Shown in pieces: positions 1-9,692 of a DNA stretch of 64,000 nucleotides. A model generated the notes under the pieces. It saw only the letters and a list, made by a program, of their open reading frames with translations. It ran no database searches and was not told the DNA's origin. The first letter of the stretch is position 1. Each line of letters opens with the position of its first letter. Position numbers and translations under genes: made by a program. Source of the stretch: Desulfatiglandales bacterium (lineage in GTDB: Bacteria; Desulfobacterota; DSM-4660; Desulfatiglandales; Desulfatiglandaceae); contig OY762721.1 of assembly GCA_963666345.1 (NCBI GenBank), positions 352,001-416,000 on the forward strand, read 5' to 3'.

Positions 1-210
1 GCCCTACTCTCACTTTCCCTTTTCTGAATAAAATAGCTGAACCTGCTGTCATTGATCGGATTTCATCCGCAAATGCCCTTTGCCGGATTAGCATAAACCA
101 GGAACCGATCAACACTGCCGGGGGGGTTAGCCCATCCACTCCGGGCACCGAAGCAAGTATTAGACAGTTTCTACATGCTGCTTCCTGGAGGTAACCAGGG
201 GCCATCGTGG

Positions 211-1227
211 TCATTCGCCTCTCATACTTTCACCCTTCAGCAGTATTCTCAGGAATAGAGGGCCTCCTACTATGGCGGTTATTATCCCCACAGGCATTTC
301 AGTCGGCGCGACAATCGTCCTGGCAACCAGGTCGCAGACAGTCAGGAAGGCTCCTCCCAGCAAAAAGGATGATGGAAGCACAACTCGATTGTCCACACCC
401 GAGATTCGTCTAACGGCATGCGGTATTATTAGCCCCACAAAACCTATCGGTCCTGCTATACTAACGGCCCCGGCAGTAGCAAGCCCGGAGCCAAGAAACA
501 CATGCCTCTGCACCGAGGCGACATTTACTCCATGGCCTGTTGCCATTTCTTCCCCAAAGGCAAGCTGATTTAAGGTGTTACATTTTAAAAAAAGCAATAT
601 CAAACCTGGCAATACAAGCGGCAGCAGGGTAAAAACCTCCCCATACCCCACCACATCAAGGCCGCCCATCATCCATCTATCCATCGCAACAAGATGACCC
701 GGGTCCGCCATGTAACGCACCAGCAGTATCATCGCTCCACAGAATATATTGATCGTGACCCCTGACAGGAGGATGTTTGTCATTGAAAAGTCGGGTTTAT
801 TCACCGCCAGCCAGTAAATGATCAAAACACAGAGCATGGATCCGGTAAGACTCAGAAACTGGACAGAAGAAAAGGCCCCGAGATGTATAAGTAGCCCGGG
901 GATCGATATCGCTATCACGGCCCCAACTGCTCCGCTTCCCGCTATCCCCAGAATAAAGGGCTCTGCCAGAGGGTTTCTGAGGACTACCTGGAGGGCACTT
1001 CCTGCGACAGACAGTATGCCCCCTACTATAAATGATGTGATAACCCTGGGAAGCCGAAGAGAAAAAAAGATGTCGCTGTCTACATTGGTTTGTCCTGACA
1101 GGATAGACCCGGAGACATTGTTCCAAGACAGGTTTTCACTGCCGAAGAAAGGCGCGGCAATCAAAACGCCGATCGAAATGGCTGAGTACCATGAAAGGAT
1201 AAAAATAAATTTTTTTTGCGTCAGCAT
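211..1227 (-). CDS. btuC: FecCD/BtuC-family ABC transporter permease (cobalamin/iron)
   Basis: Hydrophobic protein with LRLPR, LRNPLAEPFILG and GPIGFVGLIIPH motifs; last gene of a cobalamin-riboswitch-led operon. Confidence 0.85.
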   Translation of the reverse strand: MLTQKKFIFILSWYSAISIGVLIAAPFFGSENLSWNNVSGSILSGQTNVDSDIFFSLRLPRVITSFIVGGILSVAGSALQVVLRNPLAEPFILGIAGSGAVGAVIAISIPGLLIHLGAFSSVQFLSLTGSMLCVLIIYWLAVNKPDFSMTNILLSGVTINIFCGAMILLVRYMADPGHLVAMDRWMMGGLDVVGYGEVFTLLPLVLPGLILLFLKCNTLNQLAFGEEMATGHGVNVASVQRHVFLGSGLATAGAVSIAGPIGFVGLIIPHAVRRISGVDNRVVLPSSFLLGGAFLTVCDLVARTIVAPTEMPVGIITAIVGGPLFLRILLKGESMRGE

Positions 1228-1248
1228 AGTCCGGCTAATCCATCCGTA

Positions 1249-2040
1249 TTATCTGCATTCAATACCGGGAAATACTACAGGACGGCCGTTAGCCGGGTGC
1301 CTGGCTATTTCTATTTCCTCACCATAGGTCTTTTTCAGCGCATACTCTGTAAGTACTTCATCAGGTGTGCCCTGGCATGCTATTTCGCCATGTCTGAGCA
1401 TAATTATGCGATCACTGAACAGGGAAGCCAGATTCAGATCATGGGTCACTACGGCCGCTCCTATTCCGCTTGATGCGAGCCTTGACAATAACCTGAAAAA
1501 CTTTACCTGGTGATTCAGGTCAAGGGCGCTTGTAGGCTCATCAAGAAGCAGGAGTTCAGGTTCCTGTGCAAGCACCGAGGCCAGGAGTACCCGTTGAACC
1601 TCGCCCCCTGAAAGCCTCTTGAGAGGACGCCTTCCATAATCCGCTATCCCCGTCTTTTCCATGCATCTGCTGATGATTTCAAGATCGGAGTGTCTGAGAA
1701 AACCGGCCCCTGTCAGATAGGGAAACCGACCGAAGGCAACAACTTCTTCTACGGTGTAATCGTTATGGCTCTCCGCGTTCTGGGGCAGATAACCCATCAG
1801 TCTTGCCAGATCCCGCCTCTTGAGTGAAGATATTTCCCTTCCCTTGATAATGACCTTGCCATTGAGCGGTTCAAGCACCCCGGCCGCTATCTTAAGGAGA
1901 GTGCTTTTTCCTGAACCGTTGGGACCGATTATACCTACTACCTCTCCCCGCCGGAGTGAAAAAGAACAGGGAAGAAGCCCCCAGCCGTTAAAATCATAAT
2001 TGAAGGTTACATCGCATATTGAAATAAGTTCACCTGCCAT
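1249..2040 (-). CDS. btuD: ABC transporter ATP-binding subunit (BtuD/FepC-like)
   Basis: Walker A GPNGSGKST, LSGGE signature, LLLDEPT Walker B. Confidence 0.85.
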   Translation of the reverse strand: MAGELISICDVTFNYDFNGWGLLPCSFSLRRGEVVGIIGPNGSGKSTLLKIAAGVLEPLNGKVIIKGREISSLKRRDLARLMGYLPQNAESHNDYTVEEVVAFGRFPYLTGAGFLRHSDLEIISRCMEKTGIADYGRRPLKRLSGGEVQRVLLASVLAQEPELLLLDEPTSALDLNHQVKFFRLLSRLASSGIGAAVVTHDLNLASLFSDRIIMLRHGEIACQGTPDEVLTEYALKKTYGEEIEIARHPANGRPVVFPGIECR

Positions 2041-2929
2041 CCTGAGCCCCCTGATGAATCGCCTCTGCCAGCAAGCGAGCGGCCTTGACGACCCTCGGAC
2101 CCGGCATAAGTAAAAAATTTTCGGTAAAAACGTAAACCCTGCCCTGCGAGGCCGCCTTTAATGATGTGAGTCTCTTCCACTCTTTACTGATTTCCTCTTT
2201 CTCGCAATTTGACAAATCTTCTCCCACACGTGTCTCGATTATTATTTCAGGAGCCTTTTTGATTATGCTCTCCTTGGATATTTCAGGGTACCGTTGGTTA
2301 ATACTGGAAAAGATATTTCTTCCCCCTGCGATATGTAATATCTCTGAAATAAAGCTGCTACCGCCTACGGTAAATATATTGGTAAAATCCTCAGACATAC
2401 GGCCGAGACATAAAAAGACCTCTTTTCTCGGCAGACCCGCCACCGATTCTCTTACCTCCTCAAGACCTTTTCGTATTGACCCACAGAGGGTATTTGCGTT
2501 TTGAGAACAGTTGAGCGCCTTTCCCAGCCTACCTATTCCATCGTATATGCTCTCGATGTCTTCCATTTCAAGATTAAGCACCGGCACCCGCCGTTTATTG
2601 CAGAATCTGATGAGTCTTTCATTTTTCCCCTGAACAACCACCAGATCAGGCCTGAGAGATGCAAGCCTCTCCAGATTAGGATTTATCGCACCGCCCAGTT
2701 TCGGCAGACCCATAGCCTCTTTGGGGTATACACAGAAATCGGTTACTCCTACGATCCTGCCACCGCAGCCAAGGGCGAATATCGTCTCTGTAATGTGGGG
2801 TGCCATTGACACCACCCTGCAGGGCGTTTTTGAGCCCTCAGAGGCGTTACAGTCCATGCGGCAGATACACACCGAGCATATGAAGACAGAGATGAAAATT
2901 ATGACAAACAGCCTTTCGGATCCGTTCAT
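2030..2929 (-). CDS. btuF: Periplasmic cobalamin-binding protein (BtuF-like)
   Basis: Signal peptide; RVVSMAPHITETIFALG, VGVTDFCVYP, PNLE and PGPR motifs; directly below a B12 riboswitch. Confidence 0.85.
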   Translation of the reverse strand: MNGSERLFVIIFISVFICSVCICRMDCNASEGSKTPCRVVSMAPHITETIFALGCGGRIVGVTDFCVYPKEAMGLPKLGGAINPNLERLASLRPDLVVVQGKNERLIRFCNKRRVPVLNLEMEDIESIYDGIGRLGKALNCSQNANTLCGSIRKGLEEVRESVAGLPRKEVFLCLGRMSEDFTNIFTVGGSSFISEILHIAGGRNIFSSINQRYPEISKESIIKKAPEIIIETRVGEDLSNCEKEEISKEWKRLTSLKAASQGRVYVFTENFLLMPGPRVVKAARLLAEAIHQGAQDGR

Positions 2930-3166
2930 ATTGAAGTCTCTTCCTGGATACGGTCAATATGCAAGCCCCCTGCCGGAAAGGAGCCGGGGCATCGGTCTGC
3001 CCCTGAAAGGAAAAAGGCTGCGATGCAGGGCTTCAGAACATCTAACACCATGAAATAATTTCCCTTTTCGTAAGCAAGCAATTTCACGGTTTCAGGCACT
3101 TATCCCGATCCATTAAGGCAACGCCTCCCCTGCATGTCCTTCAAAACCGGGTCTTAATAATGGAAT

Positions 3167-3200
3167 AAAAAAACCCGGATCAAAATTAATCGATCCGGGA
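3167..3200 (-). terminator. Intrinsic terminator, probable expression platform of the cobalamin riboswitch
   Basis: Minus strand CCCGGATC-loop-GATCCGGG followed by a U7 tract, between the aptamer and btuF. Confidence 0.7.
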
Positions 3201-3261
3201 TATCCCTTTTTCACCAAGACCATGGGCAAGACCTATTTCCTCGCAGGCCTAAATCCAACAT

Positions 3262-3440
3262 TCAGGCAGGTCTTCTGACTTCCCCCCCTCAGAGGCTGCC
3301 TTCCCGTCTCGCAACAAGACAGTGACTCTCAATTGCCTTCGAGGTTCCCCTTTAAACATCTAAAAGAGAGAGGTAACAGAGGCGGGCCCGTCCCCGATTC
3401 TCACGGGGTTCCCTATTAAGCTCAGATCGAGCGCCTGATG
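3262..3440 (-). ncRNA. Cobalamin (AdoCbl) riboswitch
   Basis: Minus strand reads TTAATAGGGAACCCCGTGAGAATCGGGGACGGGCCCGCCTCTGT...GTCACTG...GGGAAGGC...AAGTCAGAAGACCTGCC (B12 box). Confidence 0.93.
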
Positions 3441-3498
3441 TTTATCCTAAAATTTTATGACTAATAAAAACCCAAGTCAAGGATATGTTATGGCAGAG

Positions 3499-4866
3499 CT
3501 ACTTCTCAAGCATCGCAAGTTTTCTGGTGATATTATCCTTGATCCAGTGGCTGTCCCAGAATTCTATCGGATTGACAAATACTCCGCCCACCATAATCCC
3601 GAAGTGGAGGTGGTCACCCCCTGCCAGACCCGTGTCACCTGTCAGGCCCAGCATATCACCTCTTGAGATTGTGTCTCCCTCAGACACGTTAACAGCGCTC
3701 AAGTGACCGTAAACAGATGCGATTCCCTGGCCGTGATCGATTACCACAGTGTTCCCGTATATACCGAGTTTGCCTGCAAAAAGCACCTTTCCGCTGTTAG
3801 CGGCCTGGACCTCTGAATTTGCAAGTGATGCCAGATCTACACCCAGATGGATCTGCTCATCGATCTTTTTCCCTTTGTAGTAATAGTTTCTTATATCCCC
3901 GAAACCTGCCATGGTGGCGGCATTCTTGAGCCTTACCCACGTGCCTTCCCAGAGTCTGCGAGTATCCGTCTTATTTCTGAGACCGTAATAGGTCGTATTG
4001 TTTTCTTTTCTTATATTTCTATTGATCTCAAGAAATTTTTCGACATTGCTGGCATCTTTTTTAAATTTATGAGAGGAAAAACAGGGCAGGACCTTTTCTA
4101 TAAAACTGTCGCTGATTTTCATCCTCTTTTCGGGGAAACGCTTATCCTTTATCTTATAATAGAAACCTGATTGGGAGATATTCCCGGCCCTGTCCTTTGC
4201 CCATAGGTACAATTTGGGGTCTCTTTCCAGATTCTGAGGTATGCCGAAATAGCAGACATGCAACCCGCCTTCTGATCCTTTATCAGAGGGAAACCCTTTG
4301 AAAAACATGTCGTTTAGATACACCCCACTTTCAACGGCATCGGAAGAGCTCTGATATACTACAAGACCTGTTCCTCCTCTGTTGAGGTAGTGCATCTTAC
4401 TGACAGCCCTTATTGAGGGGGATATAGTATCGACTATCAACTTGTGTTGAAGCAGAGCAAGATTCCCGTCCCCACCGTTTCTTCTCGAAAAATCCCTCAC
4501 TTCAATCTCGATATCGACCCTGCCCTGGGCCAGTTTCACCTTTGAGGTATCTAACAGAAATTCTTTTTGAAAACTCTGAACACCGTCGCGATTAAGTAAC
4601 CCCTTATATGTAAATTCCTTTTTTAATAATGTGATTTCTCTTCCAGCCTGCTTGGCCACTACCTTCACCTTGCGCAGCCCCCTCTGCCTATCAACGGCTG
4701 AAACCATGAATTTCTGGTTCTTTGAAAAGAATTCGGGCATCGGTTTAATGGAAACATCCGGTTCCTTCCCTTCAAAGACTCCCGTAAAAAACCAGGCAAG
4801 GGCTCCTAAAACCACAACCAGCCCTATAAAAGTAATAGAAAGACTTATCTTCTTTCTCTTTTTCAT
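3499..4866 (-). CDS. M23 family metallopeptidase with N-terminal membrane anchor
   Basis: HLGVDLA and HLHFG zinc motifs, YGNTVVIDHG; start placed at MKKRKK (4866) after a GGAGG. Confidence 0.9.
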   Translation of the reverse strand: MKKRKKISLSITFIGLVVVLGALAWFFTGVFEGKEPDVSIKPMPEFFSKNQKFMVSAVDRQRGLRKVKVVAKQAGREITLLKKEFTYKGLLNRDGVQSFQKEFLLDTSKVKLAQGRVDIEIEVRDFSRRNGGDGNLALLQHKLIVDTISPSIRAVSKMHYLNRGGTGLVVYQSSSDAVESGVYLNDMFFKGFPSDKGSEGGLHVCYFGIPQNLERDPKLYLWAKDRAGNISQSGFYYKIKDKRFPEKRMKISDSFIEKVLPCFSSHKFKKDASNVEKFLEINRNIRKENNTTYYGLRNKTDTRRLWEGTWVRLKNAATMAGFGDIRNYYYKGKKIDEQIHLGVDLASLANSEVQAANSGKVLFAGKLGIYGNTVVIDHGQGIASVYGHLSAVNVSEGDTISRGDMLGLTGDTGLAGGDHLHFGIMVGGVFVNPIEFWDSHWIKDNITRKLAMLEK

Positions 4867-4920
4867 TTCCTCAAGACACCTCCGACATAACAAAGGGGCG
4901 GCTAAGCCCCTTGCTGTTTA

Positions 4921-5275
4921 AAAAATACCACACCGGACACATGCCATTAGGGCGTTTCCGGCGTGGCATAAGATTCAAAAGATTGTATTGTGATACTTAA
5001 TGGCTCTATACATAAGCGTCGGTGTTCATGAATTATCTCAATACCCTATCAAAATCCCGCTGATCTTTTTCTGTGGGGACGCGCACTGCGGGACCGATTC
5101 CCCGGTATTCGTCTCAAAAAAAATAGATCAGGCAGGGGCACCCGGGAGATTCAACAACACCATAAGACACTGAACCCTTCACAACCTCACCCTTACAGGT
5201 CTCCTTTTCCGTGGAAGACATGCCTCCTGATATGACATTTGAGGGAGGTACGCCGATGAGGTCGCAATATTTTAT
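4921..5275 (-). ncRNA. Candidate structured non-coding RNA or long leader (unknown family)
   Basis: Three-way junction, ~175-nt rod helix and terminator hairpin; the pairings need G-U wobbles that work only on the minus strand. Confidence 0.4.
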
Positions 5276-5324
5276 GGGAAAGTAGATAGCAGTTTATATT
5301 CACAATGGCAAATACTTTTGCCTA

Positions 5325-6662
5325 TCAAAAGGAATTCGATTCAATTTCACGTGCTATTTCAATCACTTGGTTTATTACCTCACACTTTTCAATATAACTG
5401 AATTTTCTGTTCCGCATCACTGTCTTTCCGTCTATTATTACATTACTAACATTGCTGCCGCACGCTGAATAGACAATCGCGGAATAAGGGTCATAAAAAG
5501 GGCACAGATTCGGAGAATCCAGATCAATAGTGATAATATCGGCCTTCTTCCCTGCCTCAAGAGTGCCTATCTCATTATCCAGACCCAGAACCGAGGCACC
5601 CTCTACCGTTGCCATCCTTAAAACGCTTCTCGCATCCATCCTGGTCGGGTCACCTGAAAACACCTTGCCAAGTTTCGCTGCGGTATCCATTTCAACTAGG
5701 AGGTCAAGATCATTATTAGAGGCGGGTCCATCCGTGCCCAAGCCTACCTTTATTCCGGCCTCAATCATGTCATGGACCCTGGCTATACCTGAACATAATT
5801 TCATATTGCTCTCCGGGACATGCACAACAGCCACGCCGTTTTCTCTTATCCGCAAAATCTCCCCTTCATCAAGATGCACGGCATGGACAGCTATCAGGTT
5901 TTGGTCCAGTACCCCCAGCTCAGCCAGATAATGAACCGGTCGTAACCCTGTTGACTTAAGTATCTCATCTACCTCCTGGGCTGTCTCTGAAAGATGCATC
6001 ATGAGAGGCACACCGTAATCGGCAGCTATCTCGGCACTGCCTGTAAGCGTCTTTTTAGAGCATGTCACAGGGCTGTGGCAGAAAAGTGAAGGAAGAATCA
6101 TGTCTGAAAAACCTGACCACCTTGATATGAATTCTTCCGCCTTTAGAAGATTTTCCCTTGGATCTTCAACACCCGGCGCAGGAAGATCTATCACCCCCTG
6201 TGAAATTATACCTCTCATACCTGAGTCACAGATCGCTTTGACAGTCGCATCCTGATAAAAATATCCGTCAGCGATACAGGTCGTTCCTGAGGCCATCATC
6301 TCCAGACAGGAAAGCATACCCCCCCAGTAAACGCTGTTTTCGTTTACATAACGGGCCTCAGCCGGAAAGATCTTTTCAAAAAGCCAGGTCTTCAGTGGGA
6401 AATCATCGGCCAAACCCCTGAAAATAGACATGGCGGCATGGGTGTGACCGTTTATAAGCCCCGGCATTACAAGTGTGCGGCTACCGCCTATTGCCTCCGG
6501 TTCACGCGTAAAGGATTCATTGCCATCCTTTTGCCTATCAGCCACCTCTGTTATTATTCCGTCACAGACACACACCCTTCCGTTACTTATCGGTTCCTGA
6601 CCATCCACCATGGTCAGCACGATATCACCTTCCACTATAAGGTCAGGCACTTTGTCTTTCAT
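5325..6662 (-). CDS. mtaD: Amidohydrolase, 5-methylthioadenosine/S-adenosylhomocysteine deaminase-like
   Basis: PGLINGHTH, MHLSET, AVHAVH, PESNMKL and LGTDGPASNN motifs. Confidence 0.75.
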   Translation of the reverse strand: MKDKVPDLIVEGDIVLTMVDGQEPISNGRVCVCDGIITEVADRQKDGNESFTREPEAIGGSRTLVMPGLINGHTHAAMSIFRGLADDFPLKTWLFEKIFPAEARYVNENSVYWGGMLSCLEMMASGTTCIADGYFYQDATVKAICDSGMRGIISQGVIDLPAPGVEDPRENLLKAEEFISRWSGFSDMILPSLFCHSPVTCSKKTLTGSAEIAADYGVPLMMHLSETAQEVDEILKSTGLRPVHYLAELGVLDQNLIAVHAVHLDEGEILRIRENGVAVVHVPESNMKLCSGIARVHDMIEAGIKVGLGTDGPASNNDLDLLVEMDTAAKLGKVFSGDPTRMDARSVLRMATVEGASVLGLDNEIGTLEAGKKADIITIDLDSPNLCPFYDPYSAIVYSACGSNVSNVIIDGKTVMRNRKFSYIEKCEVINQVIEIAREIESNSF

Positions 6663-6880
6663 CTCTTTCCCCTTTATTCTTTTTCTTCACCAACAGGCCC
6701 CGTTTCGATATATCTTCGGCACCGTTGAACCGCAGCCCCTTTTTGTCACAAATCGATCTGACGGACATAAAACCCAAAAGGTTATTAAACTTAAAGGGGT
6801 GAAATTTCTTGACAGAACAATTAAATTTAAAAGAATATATAAAATTTTATATTAAACCATGGAGGTCGAAGCAGAGAAAT

Positions 6881-8236
6881 ATGGCGATAATAGCCCCGTT
6901 TAAGGGATTAACATACAATTACTATATCAGAAACGATTTCTCAAAAATGGTTGCCCCGCCTTATGATGTGATATCTTCGGAAGAACAGGAATCATTTTAT
7001 CAACTGGATCCTTATAATGTAATAAGGCTTATACTTGCAAAGAAAAAAACAGGCGATTCGGACTGGGATAACCGCTACACCCGGTCAGCCGATTTTTTCA
7101 GGCGCTGGGAATCAGCCGGCATTCTTATCAGATCAAATGAGCCCTGCCTATATATCACCTCTCTCAGTTATGATCCCGGAGACGGATTACCAAAGCGTAC
7201 CAGATGGGGTATCATAGCACTGGCTCGGATAGAAGATCCCGATTCCGGCGTCATACTCCCCCATGAGAAGACCTTTTCAGCGCACAAGGACGATCGGCTA
7301 AAGTTGATGAGGGCATGTGAAGCGCAGGTCAGCCAGATATTCGGACTGTATGAAGACAGTCAGGATATCGTTATGAGCGAATGCAAAAAGGCACTTGATT
7401 TTCAGCCTCAAATTGATTTCGACACTCAAGACGGCACCAGCCACAGGATGTGGATATTGAGAAGGCCTGATATCTTCAAGCTTGTCACAGAGGCCATGGC
7501 AGAAAAGTCAATCTTTATTGCTGATGGTCACCACAGATATGAAACCGCCAGAAATTACAGAAATATAATGCGGTCAAGACATGGAAGGCTTGACCCTCAA
7601 AGGTCCTATGAATTCGTGATGACGTATCTGTCCAATATGAACGATAAGGGGCTCACCATACTGCCCTCGCACAGACTCATAAAAAGGGCTCAAAATTTTG
7701 ACCTCACAGCCTTTTTGAAGAAAGCTGAAGGCTGGTTCAACATAGAAAAGCTTGAGCTTCCCGATTCAGAACTTCCGGTCAAAAGCCGTTTCCTAAAGGT
7801 CAGGTTAGAGCAGGCCGGTAAAAGCGATACTGTCATTGCCTTTGTTCATGCCGATTATAAGGACTGTTACCTCATGACCCTTAAAAAAGGGGGCAGCGAT
7901 GACATGGGGGAGGATCTTCATCCATCGCAAAAAAAGCTTGATGTCCTTGTCCTGTCCAGACTTATTTTACAGAAAAGCCTCGGTTTTCAGAAAGACGACC
8001 TTGATAATGAGGAGATATTTCATTATCTGAGCAGTACCGAAAAGACCCTTGATCAGGTCTTTTCAGGGGATTATGAGATGTCCTTTCTTTTGAATCCCAC
8101 AAAAATCGATCATGTTAAAGAAATCGCCGATAATTCTCTGGTAATGCCGAGGAAATCCACCTTCTTTTATCCCAAAATATTATCAGGCCTTGTGTTCAAC
8201 AAAATTGATCCAAATGAAACCATTCAGATCCCATGA
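6881..8236 (+). CDS. DUF1015 family protein
   Basis: MAIIAPFKG start; APPYDVI, PHEKT, IADGHHRYETA and MPRKSTFFYPK motifs. Confidence 0.85.
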   Translation: MAIIAPFKGLTYNYYIRNDFSKMVAPPYDVISSEEQESFYQLDPYNVIRLILAKKKTGDSDWDNRYTRSADFFRRWESAGILIRSNEPCLYITSLSYDPGDGLPKRTRWGIIALARIEDPDSGVILPHEKTFSAHKDDRLKLMRACEAQVSQIFGLYEDSQDIVMSECKKALDFQPQIDFDTQDGTSHRMWILRRPDIFKLVTEAMAEKSIFIADGHHRYETARNYRNIMRSRHGRLDPQRSYEFVMTYLSNMNDKGLTILPSHRLIKRAQNFDLTAFLKKAEGWFNIEKLELPDSELPVKSRFLKVRLEQAGKSDTVIAFVHADYKDCYLMTLKKGGSDDMGEDLHPSQKKLDVLVLSRLILQKSLGFQKDDLDNEEIFHYLSSTEKTLDQVFSGDYEMSFLLNPTKIDHVKEIADNSLVMPRKSTFFYPKILSGLVFNKIDPNETIQIP

Positions 8237-8930
8237 AAATTTACTGATGCCTGAAGAATCACTTGATCTGTTCAAGGACGGCCGACTCAAGCTGATTCAA
8301 TCCAGGTATGGATACAGGTTTTCAATTGATGCCATATTGCTTTCCGAATTTGTAACCCTGAAAAAGGGGGACATGGTGGTTGACCTTGGCACGGGCTGCG
8401 GCATAATCCTATTGCTCATTCTTCATAAAGGAATCGCCGAAAAGTGCTACGGGCTTGAAATACAGAAAAATCTCTGCGGTCAGGCCCTCAGAAATGCCGC
8501 CATAAACGGATTTGAAGAAAAAATGAAAATAATTATGGGGGATATAAAACAATCCCCCCTCAAGGATGGTATGGCAGACCTTGTAATCTGCAATCCGCCC
8601 TATAGAAGGTTCAACAGCGGGCGAATCAATCCTGATGCAGAAAGGGCCATTGCCAGGCATGAGATACTAGCTTCCCTGGAAGACATCTTGAAAAACGCAA
8701 GAAATCTTCTCAGAAAAAGGGGAAGGTTTGCCATGATATACCCGGCAGAGAGGATTGTTGATCTCTTCTCCAGGATGAGAAGTCTCAATCTTGAACCAAA
8801 AAGGATCCAGCTGGTCTATCCGAGCCTGGAAACAGGGGCAAAACTTTTACTGGTTGAAGCCCTGGCAGGCGGCAACCCCGGCCTTTCCGTCAGTCCGCCT
8901 TTGATTGGTCAGGGTGATTATTCAATCTGA
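8190..8930 (+). CDS. tRNA1(Val) adenine-37 N6-methyltransferase family (true start probably 8214 or 8247)
   Basis: GYRFSIDAILL, DLGTGCG, ICNPPY and IARHE motifs. Confidence 0.85.
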   Translation: MCSTKLIQMKPFRSHENLLMPEESLDLFKDGRLKLIQSRYGYRFSIDAILLSEFVTLKKGDMVVDLGTGCGIILLLILHKGIAEKCYGLEIQKNLCGQALRNAAINGFEEKMKIIMGDIKQSPLKDGMADLVICNPPYRRFNSGRINPDAERAIARHEILASLEDILKNARNLLRKRGRFAMIYPAERIVDLFSRMRSLNLEPKRIQLVYPSLETGAKLLLVEALAGGNPGLSVSPPLIGQGDYSI

Positions 8931-8933
8931 TTT

Positions 8934-9257
8934 TCAATCAGTTGCTCCATACCTGAGGCCTAATCTGAATTCTATGCTCACTACCGCATTCCTGCCCAGT
9001 TGCCGGTTGAGTCTCTGCCTTATCTCGTTTTCCGAATATTGAAGTTCCTGACACCATATCGGGTCTGAGACGTTGACCCTGAGTATCCCATCCTTTATCC
9101 ATGACGGCCTGGCATGTTTTGAGATTCCGACTCCGACTACCTCTTCCCAGATCTTCCAGATCTTCGCATCCTCAGGATTAAAAGGCAGTTCACCGCTGGA
9201 AAAGAGGCTGGATAGCACATCCTTGAGAGCAGTTAGAGATTTTTCGTCCTTTGACAT
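8934..9257 (-). CDS. DUF721/DciA family protein
   Basis: WEEVVGVGISKHARP...GILRVNVSDPIWCQEL pattern. Confidence 0.8.
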   Translation of the reverse strand: MSKDEKSLTALKDVLSSLFSSGELPFNPEDAKIWKIWEEVVGVGISKHARPSWIKDGILRVNVSDPIWCQELQYSENEIRQRLNRQLGRNAVVSIEFRLGLRYGATD

Positions 9258-9398
9258 AATTTTGTCCGGTTCTTCCCCTTTTTGGTTTAACGGCCGGGTG
9301 CAAGGATTTATGCAACATGATTTCATAACCGGCTTTTTCGTATATTACCCCGATATCCTAACTTTCAGCCAAGGCAAAGTCAACGAGGCAGAAACGAA

Positions 9399-9493
9399 CC
9401 TGATCCACCATCAGGATGCCTGATGCAAGGCGCAGCGGAGCGGCAGGCGATATTGCCTGTACGCGCCGAATCTCTTCCAGACTGTGGGTCAGC
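9399..9493. repeat. Short or degenerate copy of MITE family A
   Basis: Begins CCTGATCCACCATCA and ends GTGGGTCAGC, matching the ends of the copies at 40460 and 46643. Confidence 0.5.
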
Positions 9494-9692
9494 GGCAAGC
9501 AATATGCTTGACGTTGAGCGTTTTTATATATATCTTTAAAGGGTAACGTGTTAAAGCCTTTATGAAAATTAGAGAGCTTCGACGTGCTTTCGGTATATGT
9601 GGGATATCATATCAAACTGAGTGATTCGCATAAGGCGAATTTTTTTTCATTTCCTTAAGAGGACAACTATAAATTAAAACGGAGTAAAGATT

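Noticed and set aside
1..214. Open minus-strand frame starting at the ATGA overlap with the btuC stop
   Set aside because: Truncated by the window edge and no recognisable protein signal
5115..5222. 35-aa minus-strand ORF MSSTEKETCK... inside the structured RNA
   Set aside because: AGGAGG is only 1 nt from the ATG and lies in a stem; no motif; cannot be supported, though not excluded
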